Assembly (NCBI GenBank): GCA_035526585.1
Contig: DATLCC010000102.1
Location: forward strand, 3,743-67,742
DNA length: 64,000 bases
Direction of reading: 5' to 3'
From: Thermoplasmatota archaeon
Lineage (GTDB): Archaea; Thermoplasmatota; SW-10-69-26; JACQPN01; JAJPHT01
Shown: positions 29,436-37,729 of the stretch, piece by piece
Numbering within the stretch: position 1 is the first letter of the stretch
Layout: the number at the start of each line of letters is the position of its first letter
Notes under the pieces: generated by a model
Database searches by the model: none
What the model was told of the DNA's origin: nothing
What the model saw: only the letters and a program-made list of their open reading frames with translations
Translations under genes and position numbers: made by a program

Positions 29436-29463
29436 GGGGGGTTTGGGGGGCAGCAAGCCCCCC
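29436..29463 (+). other. G6-TTT-G6 motif forming a G6/C6 hairpin
   Basis: GGGGGGTTTGGGGGG-CAGCAAG-CCCCCC. Confidence 0.5.
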
Positions 29464-29522
29464 AACGTCTCGGTGGCTGGACCAGCGCAAACATTGTGCG
29501 CACGTCGTGAGCTGCCTTCTTG

Positions 29523-30008
29523 ATGCGTCGTCGGGAGATCGCAGCGCTCGCTCTTCTCGCGCTCATCGGGCTCGCGCCCACGCTGCGGATGTGGGCACAA
29601 GGCGACGTCGGCCACCATCCGCTGTTGCCGCTCATCATGGTGCTCGCCTACGCGGGACTCGCGGCGCCGCTGCTCTTCCTCATCGCGGTCGCGCTCCTTG
29701 CTCCCAGCGCGATGCGTTTGTGGAGGGCCCATCGCTTCGCGCTCGTGCTCCTCCTTCTCCTGCTCCTCGTGCCCGTGCCTGCAGTGAAGCGACACTTCAA
29801 CGACGCCGCGGGTCCGGAGAACCCGCGGGGTTACTTCCCGGGCGAGCCGGCGTGGTTGCTCCTTGGCGTCGGGCTCGCGACAGGGGGTCGCGTGGGGCCT
29901 CTCGCCGCGTTCGAGTACGACGAGACCATCCTCGACGGCGCCTGGTCGCTCGCGCCGCTTGTGTGGGTGATCCTGTTTGCGGCGATGCTTACGTGGAAGC
30001 ACAGGTGA
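29523..30008 (+). CDS. Hypothetical integral membrane protein (161 aa)
   Basis: Four hydrophobic spans. ATG 29523 (TTG 29520 in the track). Confidence 0.5.
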   Translation: MRRREIAALALLALIGLAPTLRMWAQGDVGHHPLLPLIMVLAYAGLAAPLLFLIAVALLAPSAMRLWRAHRFALVLLLLLLLVPVPAVKRHFNDAAGPENPRGYFPGEPAWLLLGVGLATGGRVGPLAAFEYDETILDGAWSLAPLVWVILFAAMLTWKHR

Positions 30009-30254
30009 GATCAACGATGCTAAAGCTCGCGCTCTGAAGAGCGCTCGCGTCTTCGGTCGCAACGGAAGACAAGCCGCGTCGCAACGCGGCGGCGTCTTCT
30101 GGCAAGGATGACCGAGACGCTTCTTGGTCGTGCATGGGGCGAGCGGCACTCTTTTGCCCCACGGGCCCTCCGCGTGGCGGGTCTCAGAACCACGATGAAC
30201 CACGCGCGGAAACCAGACACACCCCGTCACCCCCATCCTTGCCGCTGCAGCATC

Positions 30255-30282
30255 CCGAAATTTTCCCGCAGGAAAATTTCGG
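30255..30282. promoter_or_regulatory. Perfect AT-rich palindrome CCGAAATTTTCC-CGCA-GGAAAATTTCGG
   Basis: 12-bp arms and a 4-nt spacer, inside a 415-bp non-coding gap. Confidence 0.5.
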
Positions 30283-30382
30283 CCCGGACAACGATGGCCC
30301 CGGCATAGCGCGCGAAAGCCAGCTTCGCCACGGGGCCGTGCTTCGACCTCGCACGCCCCCCTTCTTGAACCCCCTTCCAAGC

Positions 30383-30390
30383 ATTTATCC
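30383..30390 (+). promoter_or_regulatory. TATA-like box upstream of the LSm gene
   Basis: ATTTATCC, about 35-40 nt upstream of ATG 30424, in otherwise GC-rich DNA. Confidence 0.35.
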
Positions 30391-30423
30391 TCGGCCTGGG
30401 CTCGTGGCGACGCGATCCCTCTC

Positions 30424-30819
30424 ATGTCGCTCATCCAGTCCAAGCTCAAGGGCCTCGTCGGCCAGGAGATCGTCGTCGTCATGGTGGACAACCGCGCCTT
30501 CCGCGGCACGCTCGTCGAGCACGACAGCGACACGATGATACTCCGCAACGTCGTCGAGGCGCTCCCGAACAACGCCGCCGGCTGGGAGGAGCCCACGGTC
30601 AGCACGGGCATCGTGCAGAAGGTCGTCACGTGGCACGGCACGTTCAGCCATGAGGACACGAGCGCGGGCGTCGTCAAGCTCAAGGATGCGATGATCCAGC
30701 TCGCGCACGTGCTGCGCATCTGGGAGTACAGCACGAAGAACCTGGCCAAGCCCGATCACGTCGAGATGACCGACGCGGGCCAGGTGCGCCCCGGCACGCG
30801 CGTGTCGAAGAAGATGTGA
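30424..30819 (+). CDS. Sm-like (LSm) domain protein with C-terminal extension
   Basis: LVGQEIVVVMVDNRAFRGTLVEHDSDTMILRNV matches the Sm1/Sm2 pattern. About 70 extra C-terminal residues. Confidence 0.65.
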   Translation: MSLIQSKLKGLVGQEIVVVMVDNRAFRGTLVEHDSDTMILRNVVEALPNNAAGWEEPTVSTGIVQKVVTWHGTFSHEDTSAGVVKLKDAMIQLAHVLRIWEYSTKNLAKPDHVEMTDAGQVRPGTRVSKKM

Positions 30820-30848
30820 CGACGCTTCGCGCCGTCGTCCTCAGCCGC

Positions 30849-32663
30849 TCACGCGCGCCGGCGTAGCCGGAGAGCGAGGCTCACCGTCATGGTCCCCGCG
30901 AGCGCGAGCACGAGCCACGGCGCGCGCGCGACGATCTCGAGGGGCGCCATGCCGTCCGCGCTCGCGGCGAAGCCGCCGCCCGCGGGGCGCGCGTGGACGC
31001 CGTGGCTTTCGGAGGCGACCTCGATGAGGCGCTCTTCGCGCACGGCGATCCCGCCGGCGAGCGTGTAGGGCGAGTAGGCGGCGGGCGAGCTCGCGATGAC
31101 CTCGACATGATAGCTTCCGGGCGCGGCGGGCGCCGCGAGGTGGAGGCTCTGAGCGCCGGTGCGCGCGAAGGCGAGCGGCCCGTCGGGGCCGACGAGGCGC
31201 GCGTCGAAGCTGCCCTGGCCGGACCAGTTGAACCAGAGGTCGACGCCCACCGCTCCCTGCGGCAGCTCGAGCGGGAGGCTCGCGGAGGCGGCTGGGGGGA
31301 GCCTGGGGGCGCTGCCTTCGAGGAGGATCTGCCCGGCCGCGGCGCCGAGGCTCCCTTCCTTGCGCACGGGCACGCGGCTCTCGATGACGATGCGGCGCTC
31401 GCCCGCCGAGACGTAGCTCGCCTCGGCGAGCGCGGCGGCGACGTCGAGCATGCCGTAGCCCGTGTCGTCGTCTGCGCCCGAGGCGCCAAGGTCGACCGCG
31501 GTGCGCTGGAGGAGGACCTGCACGTCGGCGGGTGTGAGCTCGGGGTGGGCGTCCAGGAGGAGCGCGGCCGCGCCGGCGACCTGGGGCGCCGCCATGCTCG
31601 TGCCGTTCATGACCGTGTAGTAGCGCTCCTCGTCCGTGCGCGGCGAGTCGGTGACGAGCACCGAGGCGCGCGCGGAGACGACCGCCGTGCCGGGCGCGAC
31701 GACGTCCGGCTTCGTCCACGAGAGCTTCTGGCCGCGCCCGTCGACCGCGGGGCCGCGCGACGAGTAGCTTTCGGGGCGCCCGGAGCCGCCCGCGGCGCCC
31801 ACGGCGATGACGTTCGGGTTCATCGCTTCGGTCGTGAGCGTCGCGCCGCCTTCGCGACCGCGGTTGCCGGCGCTGAAGACGACGACGATCCCCTGCGCGA
31901 CGAGCGCGTCGCTCGCGCGGATGACGGGATCCTCCGCGTCGTAGTGCGCGTCGTCCTTCTCGCGGCCCCACGAGTTGCTCACGACCTTGATATCGTACTT
32001 GTCCGCGTTCTCGGAGATCCAGGCGAACGCGCGCACGGCGTTCGTGGTGGTGAAGGAGTCGCTGATGTCGAGGCCCACGAGGCGCGCGTCGGGCGCGAGG
32101 CCGCGGTGGCGCGCGTTCGGACTGCCGGTGCCGTCGCCGGCGACGATCCCGGCGACGTGCGTGCCGTGCCCGTCCGCGTCCCCCGCGTCGGCGGAGACCA
32201 CGCCGCCACGGGAGATGCGGACGGAGGCGGACACGCGGCCCGCGAAGGCCGGATGAGAGGCATCGATGCCCGAGTCGACGAGCGCGACGGTCACGCTCGC
32301 GCCCGTGGGCCAGCCCTGCGCGCCCGCGGGCGCGTCGGCGTCGACGAGCGTGCGCTCGCGTTCCATGGTGAGCGCGATCGGCTCCTCGTCGTACACGCCC
32401 TCGACGCCCGGGAGCGCGGCGAGGGAGGCGCGCGCGGAGGCGGGCGCCGCGACGAGCGCGACGCGCGCGAAGGGGAACGACTCGAGGACGCGCGCGCCGG
32501 GGGCAAGGAGCGCGCCGGCCGCGGGGGGAGCGCCGTCGAAGGAGAGGAGGAACGCGCCGGACGAGGGCTCGGGCGAGGGCGGGGGCGAGGGCGCGGGGAC
32601 GGCGGCGGCGACTCCCGGGAGCGCGAGGACGAGGAGGAGAGTCGCTGCGAGGACGCGTCCCAT
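30849..32663 (-). CDS. Secreted subtilisin-like serine protease (S8) with C-terminal membrane anchor
   Basis: Signal peptide; catalytic triad contexts VALVDSGID, HGTHVAGIV, GTSMAAPQVAG. C-terminal hydrophobic span followed by RLRRRA. Confidence 0.9.
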   Translation of the reverse strand: MGRVLAATLLLVLALPGVAAAVPAPSPPPSPEPSSGAFLLSFDGAPPAAGALLAPGARVLESFPFARVALVAAPASARASLAALPGVEGVYDEEPIALTMERERTLVDADAPAGAQGWPTGASVTVALVDSGIDASHPAFAGRVSASVRISRGGVVSADAGDADGHGTHVAGIVAGDGTGSPNARHRGLAPDARLVGLDISDSFTTTNAVRAFAWISENADKYDIKVVSNSWGREKDDAHYDAEDPVIRASDALVAQGIVVVFSAGNRGREGGATLTTEAMNPNVIAVGAAGGSGRPESYSSRGPAVDGRGQKLSWTKPDVVAPGTAVVSARASVLVTDSPRTDEERYYTVMNGTSMAAPQVAGAAALLLDAHPELTPADVQVLLQRTAVDLGASGADDDTGYGMLDVAAALAEASYVSAGERRIVIESRVPVRKEGSLGAAAGQILLEGSAPRLPPAASASLPLELPQGAVGVDLWFNWSGQGSFDARLVGPDGPLAFARTGAQSLHLAAPAAPGSYHVEVIASSPAAYSPYTLAGGIAVREERLIEVASESHGVHARPAGGGFAASADGMAPLEIVARAPWLVLALAGTMTVSLALRLRRRA

Positions 32664-32830
32664 CGCCCCCCATGTATCTGGCCCGCGGCCATCAAGCGCT
32701 CATGGAGGAGACCTAGGTCCGCGGGAACAGTGGCCTGCCTCCCGGAAGGGGCGAGGGGACCTGGGCCGCTGAGCGTGATTGACGAAGCGGGGGGTCCACG
32801 GCGGGCACAAGAAGTCGATCTGCGAGATCG

Positions 32831-32835
32831 AAAAA
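32831..32835 (-). terminator. Oligo-T stop after SRP RNA
   Basis: TTTTT on the minus strand directly after the terminal ...ACCCCCCAGCG. Confidence 0.5.
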
Positions 32836-33196
32836 CGCTGGGGGGTAAACCCCCCAGACCCCCCTTCTTGGACGCGTACTTAGCGGGCACGGCGACCCCA
32901 GGTGGACGGTCAGCAGCGGACGGGAGTAGCCCCGGAACGTTCTCGACCCCGCGACCCCACGAACGTCCTTGGTCCACGGTGAGGCTGCTCGCTTCCGCGC
33001 CTGACCCGGTGCCCGTGGCAAAGCACCTCCAGTCCGCTTCCGCGGACGAAGAGTTTGCGCCCCGAACCACGAGGGACGAAGTCTCATTGTCGATTCCGGG
33101 CTCCCGGACGCCCTGGGCCGCCGCCCCGGGATGATCGGCTCGCGCATGAAGGCCGTGTCGCGTCACAGGGGAGGCCTAACCCCCCAGCCTAGCCGG
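32836..33196 (-). ncRNA. Signal recognition particle RNA (7S RNA); ends +/- 20 nt
   Basis: Minus strand carries GGGTCAGGCGCGGAAGCGAGCAGCC (32983-33007), matching the universal helix-8 motif GGUCAGGUCCGGAAGGAAGCAGCC. A 5' Alu-domain-like GGCTAGGCTGGGGGGTTAGGCCTCCCCTGTGAC is present. 5' GCTGGGGGG can pair with 3' CCCCCCAGC. No credible CDS in this 600-bp gap. Confidence 0.8.
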
Positions 33197-33264
33197 TGCC
33201 TATCGCCTCCGCGTCCTGGCGGAGTCTATGCCGACGAGGCGCGGATGCGTGAAAAAGCTATGCC

Positions 33265-34446
33265 CTACGCAGCCCCGACGCCGCCCGCCATGTCGCCCGC
33301 GACGGGGCCGGCGTATTTGCGGAGGCGCTGCGCCACGATGGGCTCGCTCGTCTCGACCTTCGTCGCGAGGGTGAGGAAGAGCGGCTTGAGCTGGTCGGTG
33401 CGCGCGTAGAGGTGCGCGCTGCGGCCCTGGCGCGTCTCGTCGACGAGCCCGGCCTCGCGCAGGCGGCGCAGGTGCCAGTTGATCGTGGTCGCGGTGACGC
33501 CGAGCTTCTCGGCGAGCGCCGCGCGGTACGTGCCCGGCGAGTCGACGATCGCTTCGAAGAGCTTCGCCGCCTCCTCGTTCTTCACGAGGGGCAGGACCTT
33601 GCGCTCGCTCTCGCTGAACGCGCCGCCGTTCTTGTAATAGCAGAGCTTGTTGCCATCCGGCGTCATCACGATCATGCCGGCGCCCAGCAGGCGCTCGAGG
33701 TGGTACGTCGCCGTGCTGTACGAGACGCCGGCGGTGCGGCTGATCTCGTGGACGCCGAGGCCCGGCGTGCCGCACACGCTGTCGAAGATGACCTTGCGCG
33801 TCTCGTTCTCGAGCGCGGCGTTCGGACGGATCCGGTGGTAGAGGAGGACGCCCAGACCGGCGAGCGCCGCGAGGGCGAAGCCGCCGCCCACGAGCGCGCC
33901 CATCGAAGGCAGCACGTGCGTCGGGCGCGGATCGAAGACCGCCGCCTGCTGCTCGACCTGCGGCGCGGGCGCCGGCGTCGCGCGGGGCGAGCCGAAATCG
34001 CCCGCGAAGCCGGGCGAGTCCGTGCGGCGCTCCAACGCGGGCGAGCCCGCGAGCGGCGCGCTGGGCGCGAGGCGCGGCGGGGCGGGGGCGGGATCGCGCA
34101 GCAGGATCCCGCGCATGAGGGGCGAGTCGTCGTCGATCGTGTCGTACGCGGCGAAGAGCGCGCCGTCGGGAAGGAGGATGAAGGTCGGGAGCTTGTCGAT
34201 GCGCTCCGTGTCGGCGCTCAACGCCTCGGTCGCCGAGGCGAGGATGCGCGCCGGCGCCGGCACCGTCTGCGCGGCCGCGAGCGGCGCGATGGGCTCCGGC
34301 GCGAGGCCGATGGCCGCGGTATGCGAATCCGAAAGCGCGGGCACCACCGGCGGCGGCGCGAGGGGCCCTTGCAGAAGCGATACACCCGCCGCGAGACCCG
34401 TGAGCCCCGACAGCGCGACGACGGCGATGACAACGTACACCTTCAC
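33265..34446 (-). CDS. Membrane-tethered protein with two winged-helix (ArsR/MarR-like) domains
   Basis: N-terminal signal anchor, Pro/Ala-rich region, second hydrophobic span (GALVGGGFALAALAGLGVLLY). Then two wHTH-like blocks (GVHEISRTAGVSYSTATYHLERL; RAALAEKLGVTATTINWHLRRLREAGLV). Confidence 0.7.
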   Translation of the reverse strand: MKVYVVIAVVALSGLTGLAAGVSLLQGPLAPPPVVPALSDSHTAAIGLAPEPIAPLAAAQTVPAPARILASATEALSADTERIDKLPTFILLPDGALFAAYDTIDDDSPLMRGILLRDPAPAPPRLAPSAPLAGSPALERRTDSPGFAGDFGSPRATPAPAPQVEQQAAVFDPRPTHVLPSMGALVGGGFALAALAGLGVLLYHRIRPNAALENETRKVIFDSVCGTPGLGVHEISRTAGVSYSTATYHLERLLGAGMIVMTPDGNKLCYYKNGGAFSESERKVLPLVKNEEAAKLFEAIVDSPGTYRAALAEKLGVTATTINWHLRRLREAGLVDETRQGRSAHLYARTDQLKPLFLTLATKVETSEPIVAQRLRKYAGPVAGDMAGGVGAA

Positions 34447-34616
34447 GGCCTGCCTCTCCTTGACACGGCCGTCCCTTTCGGAGATGATAACGGATAGGGT
34501 GTCACGAAGCGAAGGGAAAAGCGAACAGGGGAACGCGAGTGCGACGTCACGACGAGGACGGGACGACCGCCGGCGCTGCGGACGAGGGCGGGGGCGGGGA
34601 CGATGGCCGCTATTCT

Positions 34617-34632
34617 GTAACCGAATGGTTAC
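34617..34632. promoter_or_regulatory. Palindrome GTAACC-GAAT-GGTTAC (copy 2)
   Basis: Exact reverse complement of 19655-19670. Lies between the divergent wHTH gene (start 34446) and tRNA-Arg (34753). Confidence 0.4.
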
Positions 34633-34752
34633 ACGCCGATGGGAGCCGCGCGCGTCGGAGTGCCCGTCGGCACCGGGTCCGCATCATCCCCGCCGTTGTC
34701 CGCAGGGCGCCCGGAAAGCCTGATATGAATCATCACAGGTGCGCGACCCACT

Positions 34753-34824
34753 GGGCTCGTAGGCTAGCGGATAGACTGGAGGCCTCCGAAGCCTTCGGCC
34801 CGGGTTCGAATCCCGGCGGGCCCG
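34753..34824 (+). tRNA. tRNA-Arg (anticodon CCG)
   Basis: Acceptor GGGCTCG/CGGGCCC, anticodon stem GAGGC/GCCTT, loop CTCCGAA, T-arm CCGGG-TTCGAAT-CCCGG, no CCA. The D-stem has one C:A mismatch in my hand fold. Confidence 0.75.
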
Positions 34825-34837
34825 CTTTCGCGCCAGA

Positions 34838-34864
34838 GGAACCCACGCGGGTCCGCGTTGTTCC
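34838..34864 (+). other. Hairpin GGAAC-CC-ACGCGGGTCCGCGT-T-GTTCC 3' of tRNA-Arg
   Basis: Contains the 19-mer ACGCGGGTCCGCGTTGTTC (34845-34863), which also occurs at 19724-19742. Confidence 0.55.
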
Positions 34865-34917
34865 GTCCGACGCAGCACGGCGCAGACGGCACGGAAAGGA
34901 AAGGGCCTCGGCGGCCG

Positions 34918-34922
34918 AAAAA
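34918..34922 (-). terminator. Oligo-T stop after tRNA-Ala
   Basis: TTTTT on the minus strand 3 nt after the tRNA discriminator base. Confidence 0.5.
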
Positions 34923-34925
34923 TCA

Positions 34926-34998
34926 TGGACGCTGGGGGATTTGAACCCCCGGCCTCGTCCTTGCGAAGGACGCGATCTACCAGCTGATCTAAGCGCCC
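34926..34998 (-). tRNA. tRNA-Ala (anticodon CGC)
   Basis: Minus strand reads GGGCGCTTAGATCAGCTGGTAGATCGCGTCCTTCGCAAGGACGAGGCCGGGGGTTCAAATCCCCCAGCGTCCA. G3:U70 Ala identity pair, loop TTCGCAA, no CCA. Confidence 0.9.
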
Positions 34999-35098
34999 GG
35001 TTCCAGCAGGATTTCCCTGTTGGTCTACGGCGTGCTGCTGCACGCCGGATCCTCAGTTTTTCTGAGGAGGCACGCTGCAAAGGGGGAACCCCTATTTG

Positions 35099-35863
35099 AT
35101 GGTTCGCGGCGGGCGCCAGGCTCTTGCACGGCGCGCGGCGTCGGTCGCCGTGGATCGGGACCGTCGTCTCGCGCTCGCCCTCCTCGCGGCCGGCGCGCTC
35201 GTGTTCGGCGCCGCGACCGTGTGGCTGCCGCGCCCGGTGAAGCTCGAGGAGTGGGACGGCGCGCCCCGCGCCGCGGTCGCGCGCGGGCCTGCGGTCGCGA
35301 GCTACGACGCGGCGAACGACACGACGTACGCGCTCTTCCTCTGCGGTCACGGGCGCTGCCCGGCCGCGCTGCGCGTGGAAGGCGACGCGCGCGCAAGCCT
35401 CGGCGGCGAGCGCACGTATCTTGCGGTGACGCATCGCGCGGAGGGCGCCGCCCCGATGCCCGCGCCCATCGCGCTCGCGGAGCCGCCAAGCGAGGTCACG
35501 TACGCGATGGCCGCGACGCTCGCGCCGCGCCCGCTCTGGGCCGCACTCGTGGCGACGCCGCTCGCGGTGGGCCTCGTCGCCATGGGCGCGCTCGTCGCGT
35601 GGCGCGGGCGCGCGGTCGTCACATGGGGGCGCGTGGCGGCGGGTGGCGCGGGGGCGGCGCTCGGGGGCTTCGCGGCGAGCTTCCCCGGGGACGCGATCGT
35701 GTGGGGCTACCTGTGCGTGGCGCTCGCGGTGTCGCTCGCCCTCATCGTGATGAGCGTGGATGCGTGGAAAAAGGCGCGAGCGGCTGCGGCATGGGCCGCG
35801 ATCGCCATCGTCGCGATGCTGTGGTGGGCGCGCCCGTTCTTCCCGAGCCCGCCCAGCCTATAG
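35099..35863 (+). CDS. Hypothetical membrane protein (254 aa)
   Basis: N-terminal anchor plus 4 C-terminal hydrophobic spans; coding-like third positions. Confidence 0.5.
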   Translation: MVRGGRQALARRAASVAVDRDRRLALALLAAGALVFGAATVWLPRPVKLEEWDGAPRAAVARGPAVASYDAANDTTYALFLCGHGRCPAALRVEGDARASLGGERTYLAVTHRAEGAAPMPAPIALAEPPSEVTYAMAATLAPRPLWAALVATPLAVGLVAMGALVAWRGRAVVTWGRVAAGGAGAALGGFAASFPGDAIVWGYLCVALAVSLALIVMSVDAWKKARAAAAWAAIAIVAMLWWARPFFPSPPSL

Positions 35864-35903
35864 AGAAGCGCGCGCCGGGGCGCGGCGTCCTCCCCGGGGG
35901 AGT

Positions 35904-36173
35904 TCACTCCCACGGGTCGCTGAACTGCGAGGCCTGCGTCTTGCAGTAGCGGTAGAAGATCCAGCTCAGCGCCCCGACGACGAAGACGGCGTCGCGCATC
36001 ATCGCCCAGAACGTCATGCTGTAGTTCGTGGCGTCGCGCTGCTCCCAGAAGCCCGCGACGTACGAGTCGCGCACGAGGACGACGAGGCTCACGGCGAAGA
36101 TGCCGAGGACGAGGACGTCCAGGTAGAGCATGATCTTTCGAAATTCCTTCTTCTCGAACCTGGCCGTCATCAT
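35904..36173 (-). CDS. Small membrane protein (89 aa), hypothetical
   Basis: MMTARFEKKEFRKIMLYLDVLVLGIFAVSLVVLV..., two hydrophobic spans. Internal ATG of track ORF 35904..36284. Confidence 0.5.
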   Translation of the reverse strand: MMTARFEKKEFRKIMLYLDVLVLGIFAVSLVVLVRDSYVAGFWEQRDATNYSMTFWAMMRDAVFVVGALSWIFYRYCKTQASQFSDPWE

Positions 36174-36386
36174 GGGGCATCCATCCGAGGCGCTGTCTAG
36201 CGGCAAGGGATGAAGCAAGTTCTGAAGTGGTTCGCAAGAAACGAGGTGTGTCGCCAAGGGCGCCATGGAGGCCAAGGCCGCCAAGCGGGGACTGGCGAAG
36301 CTCTCGCTCGTTGCGAAAAGAATGACAGAAAAGTGTGGGACGCGCTTGGCGCCCTGGCCCGCCTTGGCGCCCTTGGCGAGCGGCCT

Positions 36387-36584
36387 TCAGGCCGCCGCCT
36401 TCTTCATCTCGGTATAGCCGCAGTTGCCGCAGGAGACGCGGTTCTTGTGCTCCGCGAGGAACACGCCGGGGCCGCACTTCGGGCACGCCTTCTTCTTGCG
36501 GATGAGCTGGTTGCCCTTGACCTCGTAGAGGCCGCGCTTGCCGGCCGGGCCCTTCTTCTTCGGGGCTTCCTTTCCTTTTGCCAT
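36387..36584 (-). CDS. rps27ae: Ribosomal protein eS31 (S27ae)
   Basis: [26 protein letters not shown] zinc ribbon and a basic N-terminus. Confidence 0.95.
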   Translation of the reverse strand: MAKGKEAPKKKGPAGKRGLYEVKGNQLIRKKKACPKCGPGVFLAEHKNRVSCGNCGYTEMKKAAA

Positions 36585-36597
36585 GTTTCAGACCTCC

Positions 36598-36957
36598 TTA
36601 CTTCCTCGCCTTCGGCGCGCCCTTCTTGGGAGCCGCGGCCGCCTGCACCTTCGCGACCTTCTTGGGCTTGAGCTCCTCGAGCTTGTTGCGCTTGAGGATG
36701 TAGTGGGGCTCGTTCTTCGCGAGCGCCTCCTGCGTGTCGTAGACGCGCACGTAGCCGCGCGTGCTGCTGCGGCCGAACGCGCTCGCCATGCTGTCGACGA
36801 CGACGTTGCCCTTCTTGCTGTTGAGCTGGCCCGCGATCTTCTCGCGGATGCCATCGCGCGTCGGGGTCTTCTCGCCCTGGTGGTGCACCTGGAAGCGCAC
36901 CTCCCATCGGGAGAGGAGCGGGTTGTGCTTCTTCTCGATGATCTCGATGTCCATCAT
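36598..36957 (-). CDS. rps24e: Ribosomal protein eS24 (S24e)
   Basis: MMDIEIIEKKHNPLLSRWEVRFQVHH...FGRSSTRGYVRVYD. The start overlaps the upstream gene's stop. Confidence 0.95.
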   Translation of the reverse strand: MMDIEIIEKKHNPLLSRWEVRFQVHHQGEKTPTRDGIREKIAGQLNSKKGNVVVDSMASAFGRSSTRGYVRVYDTQEALAKNEPHYILKRNKLEELKPKKVAKVQAAAAPKKGAPKARK

Positions 36958-37460
36958 TTCACGTCCATTTTCTCGAGGATGTCCTTCGCGCGTTTCCGCA
37001 CGACGGGAGTGACGATCACGACCACGACCCCCTCGTTGGGCTGGCCGTAGCAGACCGCGGCGCCCTCGGGCGCCAGGATCATGGCGGGGAGGGCCGCGAG
37101 GTCCTCTTCGCCGATGACAGTGATGAGGGTCGAGCCCTTGCCGCGGATCGCGGTGTCCATGACGGACAAAAGCTGGTGCGTGATCGCCGCGGCGGGGTTC
37201 TTGACCTCGACGCGCTTCACGCCGAACTCGGGCAGGTTCTGGAGCGCGCCTTCGACCTTTGCGCCCCGCTTCGTCACGCCATCGACGAGCATGAGCTTGG
37301 GCAGGACGCCCGCGTCGAGGAACATCTGCGTGACGACGTCGCCCACCGCGATGATGGTGCGCCCGCTCGTCTTGCGAAGCGCCTCGCCCGTGTCGTGGAC
37401 GGGGCCGAAAGGCTGCGCCAGCACGGGGCGCAGCGCGTGGGGAAGATGATAGCTTGTCAT
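36954..37460 (-). CDS. DUF359 protein / archaeal GTP-dependent dephospho-CoA kinase
   Basis: IAVGDVV...LMLVDGVTKR...VIGEEDLAALPAMILAP pattern, and the canonical position between spt4 and rps24e. Start at internal ATG 37460. Confidence 0.8.
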   Translation of the reverse strand: MTSYHLPHALRPVLAQPFGPVHDTGEALRKTSGRTIIAVGDVVTQMFLDAGVLPKLMLVDGVTKRGAKVEGALQNLPEFGVKRVEVKNPAAAITHQLLSVMDTAIRGKGSTLITVIGEEDLAALPAMILAPEGAAVCYGQPNEGVVVVIVTPVVRKRAKDILEKMDVK

Positions 37461-37537
37461 GTGAAGCGGGGCTCCGTTCTGGCTCCCCCCTCGGCCAGGC
37501 ACGTCAACAAGGGGAGCGGGAGTTCAGTTCTGTTCTT

Positions 37538-37723
37538 TCAGCGCACCTTCAGGGCGTACTTTCCGGGGCGGTCGATCTGCATCTTCTTCGCGACCATGCT
37601 GTGGTCCGCGTCGGTCACGACGACGAAGCCGTTCCAGTCCTTGGAGAGGTTCGTGCCGTTGCAGGCAGGGCACTTGTCGCCCTCTTCGATGATGTAGTGG
37701 CAGTCGCGGCAGGCCTTCGTCAT
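37538..37723 (-). CDS. spt4: Transcription elongation factor Spt4 (RpoE'')
   Basis: MTKACRDCHYIIEEGDKCPACNG zinc ribbon, 61 aa, downstream of rpo7. Confidence 0.9.
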   Translation of the reverse strand: MTKACRDCHYIIEEGDKCPACNGTNLSKDWNGFVVVTDADHSMVAKKMQIDRPGKYALKVR

Positions 37724-37729
37724 GCGGGC

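Noticed and set aside
30100-30235. Possible C/D-box sRNA (GGATGAC, CGATGAA, CTCAGA, CCAGA).
   Set aside because: The boxes deviate from RUGAUGA/CUGA at conserved positions, and the C-to-D' spacing is about 90 nt instead of about 12 nt.
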